From Dehalococcoidia bacterium (GTDB taxonomy: Bacteria > Chloroflexota > Dehalococcoidia > Dehalococcoidales > Fen-1064): 64,000 bases of DNA. Every line of letters begins with the position of its first letter. Position 1 is the stretch's first letter. Location of the stretch: the NCBI GenBank assembly GCA_011170375.1, contig DUEV01000002.1, positions 263,052 through 327,051 on the forward strand, in the 5' to 3' direction. The position numbers and the translations under genes were made by a program. Positions 16,572-25,876 of this stretch are shown here, in pieces. The notes beneath the pieces were generated by a model that was given only the letters and a program-made list of their open reading frames with translations, did no database searches and was not told the DNA's origin.

Positions 16572-17816
16572 TTGAGAATCTGTCTTTTATCCTACAGGGG
16601 CAATCCGTATAGTGGTGGGCAGGGAATCTATGTCTATTACCTCTCCAGGGAACTCCAGAACCTGGGGCACGAGGTTCATGTGCTGTCAGGACCGCCTTAC
16701 CCCGAGGTCATTGACGGCGTAACGATACACAAGCTGGAAAGTCTAAACCTCTATGAATCAACAAACTCCGTCTGGCAGGAGTTGCCGCGCCTCCGCAACC
16801 CGCTCCGCTTTTACGAATTCTTAGCAGTGTCCCTCGGCACATTTCCCGAGCCCTTTACCTTCAGCATCCGGGCTTTCAACCGTCTTCGGGCCCTCCAGTC
16901 TGAAATTAAGTTCGATGTCATTCACGACAACCAGTCTCTCGGCTGGGGACTGCTCCTGATGAAACGCCTCAAGGTTCCGGTGGTCGCTACCATCCACCAC
17001 CCGATTCCTGTTGACCGACAACTGGCCCTGGCCCAGGCAGAAGGCCTCCGGGAGCAGTTCCGCTTGAGGAAGTTCTACTCATTCATCGGCATGCAAAAAC
17101 AGGTGGCACAGAGGCTGGACCGGGTAATAACCGTCTCTGAGAACTCCGCGCAAGATATCAATCGCATTCTCAACGTCCGGTGTGATGCAATCAGGATTGT
17201 ACTTAACGGTGTCGATACCGATTACTTCGATGGCAACGGGCATATCCCCAAAGAGGCTAACAGCCTGATTATGGTCAGCAGTGGCAACGGGCATATCAAA
17301 GGTCTACCCTTCCTGCTGGAAGCACTCCATATAGTGAGGCAGGAAACCCCGGCAAAGCTAACCGTGGTTGGCAACGGAACATCGGACGATCAACCAAACC
17401 ACCTCGTACAAAAATACGGCCTCGAGGACGCGGTTACCTTTACCGGTAAGATAGAGAAGGATGAGCTGGCCAAGCTATACGCCAGCTCTGAAATTGCCGT
17501 TGTCCCATCACTCTACGAAGGCTTTGGGCTTCCTGCAGCCGAGGCAATGTCCTGCGGTCTACCAATCGTGTCAACAAGCGCCGGTGCCCTACCAGAGGTA
17601 GTAGGGGAAGACGGCAAAGCCGGCTTCCTGGTACCGCCGGCGGACCCGGACAACCTGGCGGTTGCCCTCAAGCGTCTACTCAGTGACAAACAACTGGGGA
17701 AAAGCATGGGTGATGCTGGTAGGAAGCGAGTCCTGGAGAATTTCTCCTGGCAGCAGACAGCTTTAAATACCGTCCGGGTGTACGAGGAGCTCCTAGATGC
17801 TCACGGTAGACTATGA
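16572..17816 (+). CDS. GT-B fold glycosyltransferase, family 4
   Basis: 414 aa with a TTG start. N-terminal MRICLLSYRGNPYSGGQGIYVYYLSREL and the C-terminal EX7E region PSLYEGFGLPAAEAMSCGLPIV. Confidence 0.85.
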   Translation: MRICLLSYRGNPYSGGQGIYVYYLSRELQNLGHEVHVLSGPPYPEVIDGVTIHKLESLNLYESTNSVWQELPRLRNPLRFYEFLAVSLGTFPEPFTFSIRAFNRLRALQSEIKFDVIHDNQSLGWGLLLMKRLKVPVVATIHHPIPVDRQLALAQAEGLREQFRLRKFYSFIGMQKQVAQRLDRVITVSENSAQDINRILNVRCDAIRIVLNGVDTDYFDGNGHIPKEANSLIMVSSGNGHIKGLPFLLEALHIVRQETPAKLTVVGNGTSDDQPNHLVQKYGLEDAVTFTGKIEKDELAKLYASSEIAVVPSLYEGFGLPAAEAMSCGLPIVSTSAGALPEVVGEDGKAGFLVPPADPDNLAVALKRLLSDKQLGKSMGDAGRKRVLENFSWQQTALNTVRVYEELLDAHGRL

Positions 17817-18519
17817 CCTCCTGGCTATCAACAAAGGCGAGCGGGTGCTCGATGTTGGTTGCGGCGAGGGAAGGCATACTACACAGGCATGCAAGGAGAT
17901 CGAGTGCACGGTCTACGCCGTAGACATCGACCCGGAAAACGTGAACAAGACGAGCTACATGCTTGGCCTTATGGAGCAGGCAGGCGAGTCCCGGGCCAGC
18001 TGGGCGGTATTCAGGGGAGATGTCCTGCGGCTTCCCTTCAAAGATACCCATTTCGATAAAGTGATCTGCTCCGAGGTCCTAGAACACATCCCTGACGATA
18101 ACCAGGCAGTACGGGAACTGACCCGTGTTCTCAAGGACGACGGTACACTGGCTATCAGCGTACCTACCTACTTCAGCGAAGCCATTTACTGGAAAATTTC
18201 ACGGGACTACCGCCACCAACCAGGAGGACACGTCCGCAAATACCGACTCCGGGAGCTCGTCTCCCTGTTACAACAGAATGGGCTCCATGTTTACACCACC
18301 CGCCGCAAGCATGGCCTTCACTTTTTCTACTGGCTGCTCCGTTGCCTCTTCGGGATAAACCGGCAAGAGGCACGGGTTCCGGCCCTCTATCACCGATTCC
18401 TCGTGTGGGACATCATGACCAATACAAGACCGATTCGTCTGCTCGAAAACCTGCTCAATCCCATTGTAGCCAAGAGTGTAGTCCTATACGCTCGCAAGAA
18501 CAGCCAGGGGGCACACTGA
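17797..18519 (+). CDS. Class I SAM-dependent methyltransferase (Methyltransf_11-like)
   Basis: VLDVGCGEGRHT motif I, DKVICSEVLEHIPD. Overlaps the GT4 gene end by 20 nt. Confidence 0.85.
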   Translation: MLTVDYDLLAINKGERVLDVGCGEGRHTTQACKEIECTVYAVDIDPENVNKTSYMLGLMEQAGESRASWAVFRGDVLRLPFKDTHFDKVICSEVLEHIPDDNQAVRELTRVLKDDGTLAISVPTYFSEAIYWKISRDYRHQPGGHVRKYRLRELVSLLQQNGLHVYTTRRKHGLHFFYWLLRCLFGINRQEARVPALYHRFLVWDIMTNTRPIRLLENLLNPIVAKSVVLYARKNSQGAH

Positions 18520-19529
18520 TGCTTAGCTCCAAAATGACGGACTCACAATTGCGGCGCCTCGTCGATAAAATAGGAGGGTTCATCGCTGCTCATCAGTTAC
18601 CCTCCGGTGCCATTCCCTATTACCAGGACGGTGTTACCGACCCCTGGGACCATGTCGAGTGCGCCATCGCCCTCGACCTGTGCGGGATGAACGACTCCGC
18701 GGTAAAAGCTTACCGCTGGCTGGCCAAAATACAAAATCCTGATGGGAGCTGGTGGTACACTTATCAGGACGGCCAAAGAAAAGAGGCAGCCAAAGATACC
18801 AATCATAGCGCCTACGTGGCCACCGGTGTATGGCTCCATCACTTAGTAACCAGAGAAAAGCGTTTTCTCCGTGAGATGTGGCCGGTCGTGGAGAAGGGTA
18901 TTGGTTTTAGTCTTAGCTTGCAACAACCGACCGGTGAGATCTACTGGTCGCTCGATTATAAAGACGACCCCTGGACAAGTGCCCCACTATCAGGGTCAAG
19001 CTGCGTCTACCAGAGCATCACCAGCGGGGTGAAAATTGCGCAAACTCTGGGTCTTGACCGACCGGACTGGGAGAAGGCCGCCACGAAATTGGCAGAGGCT
19101 GTCAGGGGACAGCCAGAGCTTTTCGACGGTCACGGCGACAATCATCGGGGCTACGCGATGAACTGGTACTATCCTGTTCTTACCGGGGTGGTCTCTGGAA
19201 AAGAAGCCGGAGAACGTCTCGCTGAACAGTGGCCGGAGTTCGTCGTCGATGGCTGGGGGTGCAAGTGCTCCCTTGACCAGCCCTGGGTAACCGTCGCCGA
19301 GACCTGTGAACTGGCAATGGCCCTGGTAGGCATCGGTGAAATAAAAGCCGCCGATACCCTGCTTGAGTGGGTGCTCCCATTGCAGGATTCCGACGGTGGC
19401 TTCTGGACTGGCATCAGGCTGCCAGAGGAAATAATCTACCCCCCGGACGAGAAGACTACCTGGACCGCGGCCGGCGTGATACTGGCACTACTTGCTGACT
19501 CGGAACTGGCCCTAACTAATCTCCCCTAA
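18519..19529 (+). CDS. Prenyltransferase / squalene-oxidase-repeat (alpha/alpha toroid) protein
   Basis: The start ATG overlaps the upstream TGA (cacTGATGc). There are three QxxDG(S/G)W-type repeats (QNPDGSWW, QQPTGEIYW, QDSDGGFW). The track's upstream extension from 18342 is P/S/Q-rich, overlaps the methyltransferase gene and is rejected. Confidence 0.7.
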   Translation: MLSSKMTDSQLRRLVDKIGGFIAAHQLPSGAIPYYQDGVTDPWDHVECAIALDLCGMNDSAVKAYRWLAKIQNPDGSWWYTYQDGQRKEAAKDTNHSAYVATGVWLHHLVTREKRFLREMWPVVEKGIGFSLSLQQPTGEIYWSLDYKDDPWTSAPLSGSSCVYQSITSGVKIAQTLGLDRPDWEKAATKLAEAVRGQPELFDGHGDNHRGYAMNWYYPVLTGVVSGKEAGERLAEQWPEFVVDGWGCKCSLDQPWVTVAETCELAMALVGIGEIKAADTLLEWVLPLQDSDGGFWTGIRLPEEIIYPPDEKTTWTAAGVILALLADSELALTNLP

Positions 19530-19539
19530 GGCAGGCTTG

Positions 19540-20187
19540 ATGCAGACTCTAAGGCGATTTCTAAGAAGCCTCTGGCTACAGAAACCTCTCACCACTGATT
19601 TCGTCGGCTACGAGGTCTTGCTTGATTTTATCAAGGCACGTGCTCTGCACAGGCTGGAGGGGGACCTGATTGAAATCGGCTGCTTTATGGGCGGCGGCAC
19701 TGTCAAGCTGGCCAGGTATGCCAGTAAGTACGGCAAACGTGTTTTCGCCATCGATGTTTTCGACCCAACTGCTGATGTAACTGCCACCCCCGACGGCACT
19801 AGGATGTGCGATATCTACCTGGCATTCCTCGAGGGACGTTCCCAGCTTGAGGTCTATGAGCAAGCAGTCCGCGGTCTGGACAACGTGGTGACCATCAAGC
19901 AGGACTCGAAGACAGTCTCCTTCCCCGCAGAGCAAAAATTCATCTTCGGCTTTATCGATGGTAACCATCAGCCAGACTACGTCCGTAACGACTTCAACAT
20001 CATCTGGCCTAATCTCGTCGCCAGTGGTGTCCTTGGCTTCCATGACTATAACACAGAGCTGCCCGAGGTGACCGACTGTATCGATGCTTTGATAGCCGAG
20101 CACACCGACGAGATAAGTGAGACAAAGGAGATAAAACCACAGCACATCATCCTGATGGTGAAGGGACAGGGAGTAGGCAAGGTCTAA
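19540..20187 (+). CDS. Class I SAM-dependent methyltransferase (Methyltransf_24 / O-MT-like)
   Basis: LIEIGCFMGGGTVKLA motif I, FAIDVFD, FIDGNHQPDYVRNDF. The ATG at 19540 is the second codon of the track ORF, which starts at a TTG at 19537. Confidence 0.7.
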   Translation: MQTLRRFLRSLWLQKPLTTDFVGYEVLLDFIKARALHRLEGDLIEIGCFMGGGTVKLARYASKYGKRVFAIDVFDPTADVTATPDGTRMCDIYLAFLEGRSQLEVYEQAVRGLDNVVTIKQDSKTVSFPAEQKFIFGFIDGNHQPDYVRNDFNIIWPNLVASGVLGFHDYNTELPEVTDCIDALIAEHTDEISETKEIKPQHIILMVKGQGVGKV

Positions 20188-21026
20188 AGGCTATCGGAAA
20201 CACAACGGCGGCAGACCTCGCAGCTGCTGAGTATCCCACGGCTGATGTCGTCGCGCAGACTCCTGTATTCCGTAGAGTTCCAGATAGACTGCAGCGAGTT
20301 TATGTTCACGTCACCAAGCACGGTATAGCCCGCCCAGTCCTTGCAGCAGGCAACCACCGAGCCGTCTGAGAGGATGTACGTGCTCTCAGTTGCCTGAAAA
20401 CAACCCAGTTTCTGCGCATCCTTGAAGGCCGGTAGCCGCCCTTCCCCTCCCCGACCATCACAAGGTAATATGTCCACGGTATCAACCAACCCCTCCCAGA
20501 ACTGGCGAAAGGCTGGAACCTCGCCTTCATTATCAGGCGTCATAGTGAAGACCACCCGCGTGCCCACCTTCACAGTATGGTTTTCGAGATGGGCAAGGAA
20601 TCCCTTGACATTGGCGATTACCCTTTCATAGATCAGTCCGCGGCGGTGCTGCTCATAGACCTGCTTGGAGAACCCGTCGATAGAGAAGTGGACCTCGCAC
20701 ACGTTATACCGAAGCAGCATCTCGGTGGTTGAGTCATCAAGGAGATAACCATTGGTGTAGATATGAATGGCTGCTTCAGGTAGAGTCCGGGAAATGTAGG
20801 CAAGGGCATCCTCAAGGCAAGGACTGGCCAGTGGCTCCCCGTTGATAAAGGGATGGAATCCGGCTACTCCTTTTCCACGGCAATCATCGACTATCTTGAT
20901 GAATAGCTCCCAGGGCATGTCGATGGGACGACCGCTAATCTTCTTGTTGGGGCAGAAGATACAATCGGCCGGGCACCGCAGGGTAGTCTCTACCAAAACG
21001 CTTCTGGGAAAACTCAGCGGGGGCAT
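20184..21026 (-). CDS. Radical SAM protein with C-terminal SPASM-type Cys-rich domain
   Basis: CPADCIFC (CxxxCxxC) 20 residues after MPPLSF. GGE-like FINGEPL. C-terminal cysteines ...PCDGRG...GCFQA...VVACCKDW...SCEVCRRC. The start is chosen at the ATG at 21026 with GAGG upstream, because a TTGCGT-N17-TATAAT promoter (21074-21046) overlaps the longer track start at 21164. Confidence 0.8.
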   Translation of the reverse strand: MPPLSFPRSVLVETTLRCPADCIFCPNKKISGRPIDMPWELFIKIVDDCRGKGVAGFHPFINGEPLASPCLEDALAYISRTLPEAAIHIYTNGYLLDDSTTEMLLRYNVCEVHFSIDGFSKQVYEQHRRGLIYERVIANVKGFLAHLENHTVKVGTRVVFTMTPDNEGEVPAFRQFWEGLVDTVDILPCDGRGGEGRLPAFKDAQKLGCFQATESTYILSDGSVVACCKDWAGYTVLGDVNINSLQSIWNSTEYRSLRDDISRGILSSCEVCRRCVSDSL

Positions 21027-21085
21027 AACATCTAACCTCACGCTCATTATACGTCTCTTGATTTGGGCACGCAACACTGCTCTAA

Positions 21086-21155
21086 TTGACAGGATAGCAA
21101 GGGTATGCAATAATAGTTGGCTAAGTGAACTATTATCAAAAGCAACTATTTGCTT
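21086..21155 (+). promoter_or_regulatory. Promoter TTGACA-N17-AATAAT plus AACTATT-type inverted repeats (candidate MarR operators)
   Basis: -35 at 21086-21091 and -10 at 21109-21114. IR AATAGTT-N9-AACTATT at 21112-21134. IR AAGCAA-CTAT-TTGCTT at 21140-21155. The region lies in the divergent rSAM/MarR intergenic space. Confidence 0.4.
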
Positions 21156-21189
21156 CAGATACACACCTCGCCTACAGGAACAATCTTAA

Positions 21190-21645
21190 ATGAAAACTGA
21201 AATCCTGGACATCATCGCTGAAGACCTGTTCACCATTCCACCTCTCATCGGCAGGAGTATCCGTAGGAAATTATTAAGGACGGCACTGGCACATATCAGG
21301 GAAGATATTTCACCACCTCACTTTGAGATTATGAGGACGCTGGATGAAACCGGGACGCTGCACGTTACCGAAATCGGGGAGCGGCTACAGATACCCAAGC
21401 CACAGATGACCCACCTGATAGACAAACTGGTGAGTCTGGAGATGGTTGAAAGGCAAACGGATGTCAGGGACAGGAGAATAATCAATATAGCCCTTACCAG
21501 CAAGAGCAAAACTCTCCTCAAAAAACACAAAAGGATAATGGAGAGTGCCATAAAAGAGACCTTATCATCTCTGACCGATAAAGAGTTGGAAGAGCTATCG
21601 ACTTCACTGAGAAAACTGAGAGACATACTCCAAAAGCTACAATAG
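21190..21645 (+). CDS. MarR family transcriptional regulator
   Basis: 151 aa with a winged HTH: HFEIMRTLDETGTLHVTEIGERLQIPKPQMTHLIDKLVSLEMVERQTDVRDRR. Confidence 0.85.
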   Translation: MKTEILDIIAEDLFTIPPLIGRSIRRKLLRTALAHIREDISPPHFEIMRTLDETGTLHVTEIGERLQIPKPQMTHLIDKLVSLEMVERQTDVRDRRIINIALTSKSKTLLKKHKRIMESAIKETLSSLTDKELEELSTSLRKLRDILQKLQ

Positions 21646-21681
21646 AAATTCATCTACAGCATATTCAATAGGTGGGGTAAT

Positions 21682-22656
21682 ATGGACAACGGGACAAACA
21701 TCATAGAAATACATGATTTGACGAAGAAATTCGGCCAGATAACGGCAGTTGATTCCATTTCTTTCAATGTATATAAAGGGGAGATATTCGGTTTTCTCGG
21801 TCCTAACGGGGCCGGCAAGACAACCACCATAAACATGCTGTGCACACTGCTAACACCCACCAGCGGCAGAGCGACTGTCAGCGGATACGACACATCGAAG
21901 CAACGCCGGCAGGTACAGCGAATCATCGGCCTAGTATTCCAGGACCCTACTCTGGATGACTATCTGACGGCTGAACAAAACCTGCGTTTCCATGCCTATG
22001 CTTACGGTGTCCCCAAGAACATACGAGAGGAACGCCTGGACCAGCTACTGGAACTAGTAGAGCTTTCTGACCGCCGTAAGGGTAAAGTAAGCACCTACTC
22101 AGGCGGTATGAAAAGACGCCTTGAGATTGCGCGGGGCCTGCTGCATCACCCGCAGATTCTGTTTCTGGACGAGCCCACCCTCGGACTGGATCCTCAGACA
22201 CGACACTATGTCTGGGAGCATATTCATGCCTTACGGAAGCAGGAAGACCTCACCATCTTCATGACCACTCACTACATGGACGAAGCGGAGAACTGCGACC
22301 GCATCGCTGTTATTGACCAGGGTAAGATAATAGCCCTGGATACCCCCGACAACCTTAAAGACTCTCTGGGTGGCGACGTCGTAATCCTGGAAGCGGAAGA
22401 CTCTCAAAAGGCCATGCTTGAACTGGAGGGAAAATACAACCTGTCACCTCAGCTTCAAGACCAGACGATTACCTTCAGTGTCCCGCATGGCGAGACCTTT
22501 TTACCCGAGTTAATGCGCAGCTTCCAGAGTAAAATAGTTTCTATTAGCGTACACGGCCCGACCCTGGATGACGTGTTCCTGAAACTGACCGGGCATGCCA
22601 TTCGAGACCAGGAAGCCGATGCCTGGGCACAATTCAGAAGGATGATGCCGCACTGA
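21682..22656 (+). CDS. ABC transporter ATP-binding protein (DrrA-like, ABC-2 exporter type)
   Basis: Walker A GPNGAGKTT, signature YSGGMKRR, Walker B LFLDEPT and an H-loop TTHYMDEAE. Confidence 0.9.
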   Translation: MDNGTNIIEIHDLTKKFGQITAVDSISFNVYKGEIFGFLGPNGAGKTTTINMLCTLLTPTSGRATVSGYDTSKQRRQVQRIIGLVFQDPTLDDYLTAEQNLRFHAYAYGVPKNIREERLDQLLELVELSDRRKGKVSTYSGGMKRRLEIARGLLHHPQILFLDEPTLGLDPQTRHYVWEHIHALRKQEDLTIFMTTHYMDEAENCDRIAVIDQGKIIALDTPDNLKDSLGGDVVILEAEDSQKAMLELEGKYNLSPQLQDQTITFSVPHGETFLPELMRSFQSKIVSISVHGPTLDDVFLKLTGHAIRDQEADAWAQFRRMMPH

Positions 22657-22663
22657 GGAAACG

Positions 22664-23485
22664 ATGGAAACAGTATTAAGAGCAACATGGGTTATCGCCT
22701 ACCGGGACCTGCTTCGGTTTATACAGGACCGCCCCCGTCTATTTGGCTCGTTCGCCATGCCACTATTATTCCTGATTATCTTTGGGGCAGGTTTTAACCG
22801 TATTATCGGTTCCCTGGCACCCGGAGTCGACTTCGTACAATTCATGTATCCCGGTATTATCGCCATGACGGTACTCATGAACTCCCTGATGTCAGGGCTT
22901 TCAATAGTCTGGGACCGCGAGTTCGGATTCCTGAGAGAGGTCCTGGTAGCGCCGCTGAGCCGGACCGGTATCGTACTGGGTAAGGTAGCCGGCAACAGTG
23001 TGATAGCCATTGGTCAAGGGCTCATCATGCTGGCACTGGCACCAATCATCGGGGTCAAGATTGACTTCATTCTGGTACTCAAGCTGATACCTTTACTTTT
23101 TGTAATATCAATCTCCCTTTCGGGGCTGGGTATCCTGATGGCCTCACGGATGCGCTCCCAGCAGGGATTTCAGGTGCTGATGCAGATAATCATCATGCCC
23201 CTTATCTTCCTGTCCGGCGTATTCTTCCCGGTCAACAATGTGCCGGTATGGCTGGAGGTTGTCTCCAAGTTCAATCCTCTAACCTATGGTGTGGATACCA
23301 TCCGGCAGGTTTTTCTAAATGGTAATTTATCGGCTGTGGCCGATGCTTCCAGCGACAGCAGCTATGCTCTTGGCGTAACGGTATTCGGTCACACGATGGG
23401 CATAATCGAGGATACGCTTGTCATGGCAGTCCTGGGCATCATACTCCTGTCACTGGCGATATGGTCTTTCAGCCGACAGGAATGA
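22664..23485 (+). CDS. ABC-2 type transporter permease
   Basis: 273 aa with six TM helices. N-terminal AYRDLLRFIQDRPRLF is typical of ABC-2 membrane proteins. It starts 7 nt after the ATPase gene. Confidence 0.85.
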   Translation: METVLRATWVIAYRDLLRFIQDRPRLFGSFAMPLLFLIIFGAGFNRIIGSLAPGVDFVQFMYPGIIAMTVLMNSLMSGLSIVWDREFGFLREVLVAPLSRTGIVLGKVAGNSVIAIGQGLIMLALAPIIGVKIDFILVLKLIPLLFVISISLSGLGILMASRMRSQQGFQVLMQIIIMPLIFLSGVFFPVNNVPVWLEVVSKFNPLTYGVDTIRQVFLNGNLSAVADASSDSSYALGVTVFGHTMGIIEDTLVMAVLGIILLSLAIWSFSRQE

Positions 23486-23560
23486 ACCGCCTACCGCAAG
23501 AACACAGATTAAATAACAAGATGAGACCACACAAACCTGAAAGGACACGCTCCCAGGCTC

Positions 23561-24925
23561 ATGGATAGACGCCGTGCCAGCGCACTTGACGACGACCGGG
23601 TCGGCCGATTGATGCTGAGATTATCAGCTCCTGCCTTTTTCGGCATGTTCGTCATGACCCTGTACAATGTAATAGATACCATTTTTATTGGCCATTACGT
23701 CGGCCCCCTTGGTATCGCCGGACTTTCCATCGTTTTCCCGTTTCAAATGCTGTCGATGGGTCTCGGGCAAATGTTCGGCATGGGTGGTGCGTCGGTAATC
23801 TCGAGACTAATCGGGAGTGGCGATGTCCCCAGGGCAGAGCGTGCCCTTGGTAACGCTATTACCTCAATCGTGGTACTATCGGCCATACTCACCATAGCTG
23901 GCCTGTCCAATGCAAATTTCTGGCTCAGGCTTATGGGAGCCTCGGAGAATATCCTACCCTACGCCAGAGATTACATGACAATTATTCTTATCGGCACCGT
24001 TCTCCGTACCCTCGCCATGGCCTCAAATGCCCTGATAAGGTCCGAAGGGAATGCCCGTGTCCCCATGATAGGCATGATTATGGGGGCAGTAGCCAACATC
24101 ATACTTGACGCGATATTTATCATACCGCTGGACATGGGTATAAAGGGAGCAGCACTGGCTACCGTGTTAGCCCAGCTGCTTCCGACTGCTTACTTCATCA
24201 GGTATTTCTTCTCTGGAAAGAGCTATCTCAAAATCCATTTGCAGAACCTGATTCTTGAATTCAGTATTATGCGAGCGATTCTTGCCATAGGAGTTGCGTC
24301 GTTTGCCAGGACGGTGGCTACCAGTCTGTCCGCAATTTTCGTAAACAGGGTACTTGTTAGCTATGGTGGCGACCTTGCCGTATCTGCCTATGGCGTCATT
24401 AACCGGATAATGATGTTTGCCATGATGCCGGGCATGGTTACCGGCCAGGGTCTTCAGCCGGTGCTGGGTTTCAACTACGGGGCGAAGCATTATGATAGAG
24501 CACTGAGAGCTATGAAACTCGCTTTTATTGCCTCAACAGGCCTTTGCCTTATATCGTTCATGGTTCTCTATTTCGCTCCGGAACCCATAATCCGTATTTT
24601 CACCAACGACAGTGAGCTTATTGCCCTGGCTTCTCATGCTGCAAAACGCATCTTCCTGGCTCTGTACCTGATGGGTTTTATCATGGTTGGCTCACTGATA
24701 TTCCAATCAGTCGGGAAAGCTACACAGTCATTTGTTACCGCTATATCAAGGCCTTTTCTGTTCTTGATCCCCCTGATATTTACATTGCCCCGATATTTAG
24801 ATGTAGACGGAGTTTGGCTGGCATTCCCGATATCTGACGGGCTCACTTTCATACTGACAGTCATATTGCTTATCCCCCAGATACGTGAACTGAGAAAAGC
24901 AGACGTGTCAGCGATATTGCAGTAA
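23561..24925 (+). CDS. MATE family efflux transporter
   Basis: 454 aa with about 12 TM helices. N-terminal LSAPAFFGMFVMTLYNVIDTIFIGHYVG matches the MatE repeat, which is duplicated in the C-terminal half. Confidence 0.85.
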   Translation: MDRRRASALDDDRVGRLMLRLSAPAFFGMFVMTLYNVIDTIFIGHYVGPLGIAGLSIVFPFQMLSMGLGQMFGMGGASVISRLIGSGDVPRAERALGNAITSIVVLSAILTIAGLSNANFWLRLMGASENILPYARDYMTIILIGTVLRTLAMASNALIRSEGNARVPMIGMIMGAVANIILDAIFIIPLDMGIKGAALATVLAQLLPTAYFIRYFFSGKSYLKIHLQNLILEFSIMRAILAIGVASFARTVATSLSAIFVNRVLVSYGGDLAVSAYGVINRIMMFAMMPGMVTGQGLQPVLGFNYGAKHYDRALRAMKLAFIASTGLCLISFMVLYFAPEPIIRIFTNDSELIALASHAAKRIFLALYLMGFIMVGSLIFQSVGKATQSFVTAISRPFLFLIPLIFTLPRYLDVDGVWLAFPISDGLTFILTVILLIPQIRELRKADVSAILQ

Positions 24926-24963
24926 AGACAGTGCGCCTCTCTATAGCTCGCAGTATACCTACG

Positions 24964-25875
24964 TTATCCTTCTCCTGTCCTCACGGCGTGGCCACCAAAC
25001 TCCTTACGCATCGCTGCCATCAACCGACCGCTAAAGGGACTTTCCTGACGGGAGCGAAACCGTACCTGGACCGAGTCGATGATGGCCGGGATTGGTACCC
25101 CCAGATTTACTGCCTCCTCAACGGTCCACCGCCCCTCACCGGTATCTTCCACGTAGGCCTGAATATTATGTAAATCAGGGTCTTCCTGTAAAATAGCAGA
25201 TGTTAAATCCAGCAGCCATGAACGAACCACACTGCCGTACCGCCATATCTGAGATATCTGGGCAAGATTCAGGGAGAAGTCCTGCTTGGCTCGCATCAGT
25301 TCAAGGCCCTCAGCATAGGCCTCCATCAGCGCATATTCGACGCCGTTATGGACCATTTTTACAAAATGACCGGCCCCGCTTGGCCCGACATGGCCGTACC
25401 CATCCTGAGGTGAAGGCGCCAGCGTTTGAAAGATAGGCTCCAGGCGCTGATAGACCCCAGAATCACCGCCGACCATCAGACAGTAACCCCCCTCAAGTCC
25501 CCAGATGCCTCCGCTGGTACCAACATCAAGAAAGTGAATCCCACGCTCTGCCACAGCGGTTCCCCGCCGCATGCTGTCCTTATAGTTGGAATTCCCGCCG
25601 TCAATAATCGTGTCCCCGGCAGTCAGTTCTGCTGCCAGGGTATTGATGGCGTTCTCAGCAGCTTCACCAGCCGGCACCATCACCCAGACAACGCGAGGGG
25701 CCGATAGCTTGCCCACCAATTCAGCCACAGAGCCAGCTCCACTGGCACCCTCTTTGGCAAGATATTTCACCGATTCTTCTATTGGGTCATAAACGACGAC
25801 TTCATGGCCACCTCGCAGCAGACGAAGTGTCATGTTGCTGCCCATACGGCCAAGACCAATCATCCCGAGTTCCAT
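24964..25875 (-). CDS. gnd: 6-phosphogluconate dehydrogenase, decarboxylating, short (YqeC/Gnd-like) form
   Basis: MELGMIGLGRMGSNM Rossmann start preceded by SD GAAGGAGGAG. GGNSNY and GTSGGIWG motifs. The track start at 25968 overlaps rpiB and is rejected. Confidence 0.85.
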   Translation of the reverse strand: MELGMIGLGRMGSNMTLRLLRGGHEVVVYDPIEESVKYLAKEGASGAGSVAELVGKLSAPRVVWVMVPAGEAAENAINTLAAELTAGDTIIDGGNSNYKDSMRRGTAVAERGIHFLDVGTSGGIWGLEGGYCLMVGGDSGVYQRLEPIFQTLAPSPQDGYGHVGPSGAGHFVKMVHNGVEYALMEAYAEGLELMRAKQDFSLNLAQISQIWRYGSVVRSWLLDLTSAILQEDPDLHNIQAYVEDTGEGRWTVEEAVNLGVPIPAIIDSVQVRFRSRQESPFSGRLMAAMRKEFGGHAVRTGEG

Positions 25876-25876
25876 A

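Noticed and set aside
18342-18518. 59-codon N-terminal extension of the prenyltransferase-like ORF
   Set aside because: The extension is P/S/Q/R-rich and lies entirely inside the methyltransferase gene in another frame. A TGATG stop-start overlap at 18517-18521 gives the natural start.
19576-20145. Long antisense ORFs inside confirmed genes (for example 19576-20145, 42347-43093, 43776-44259, 50356-50778, 50800-51360, 51206-51715, 58664-59107)
   Set aside because: Each is fully embedded antisense in a gene with strong family motifs. They have no recognisable motifs or SDs themselves and show the composition of shadow frames.
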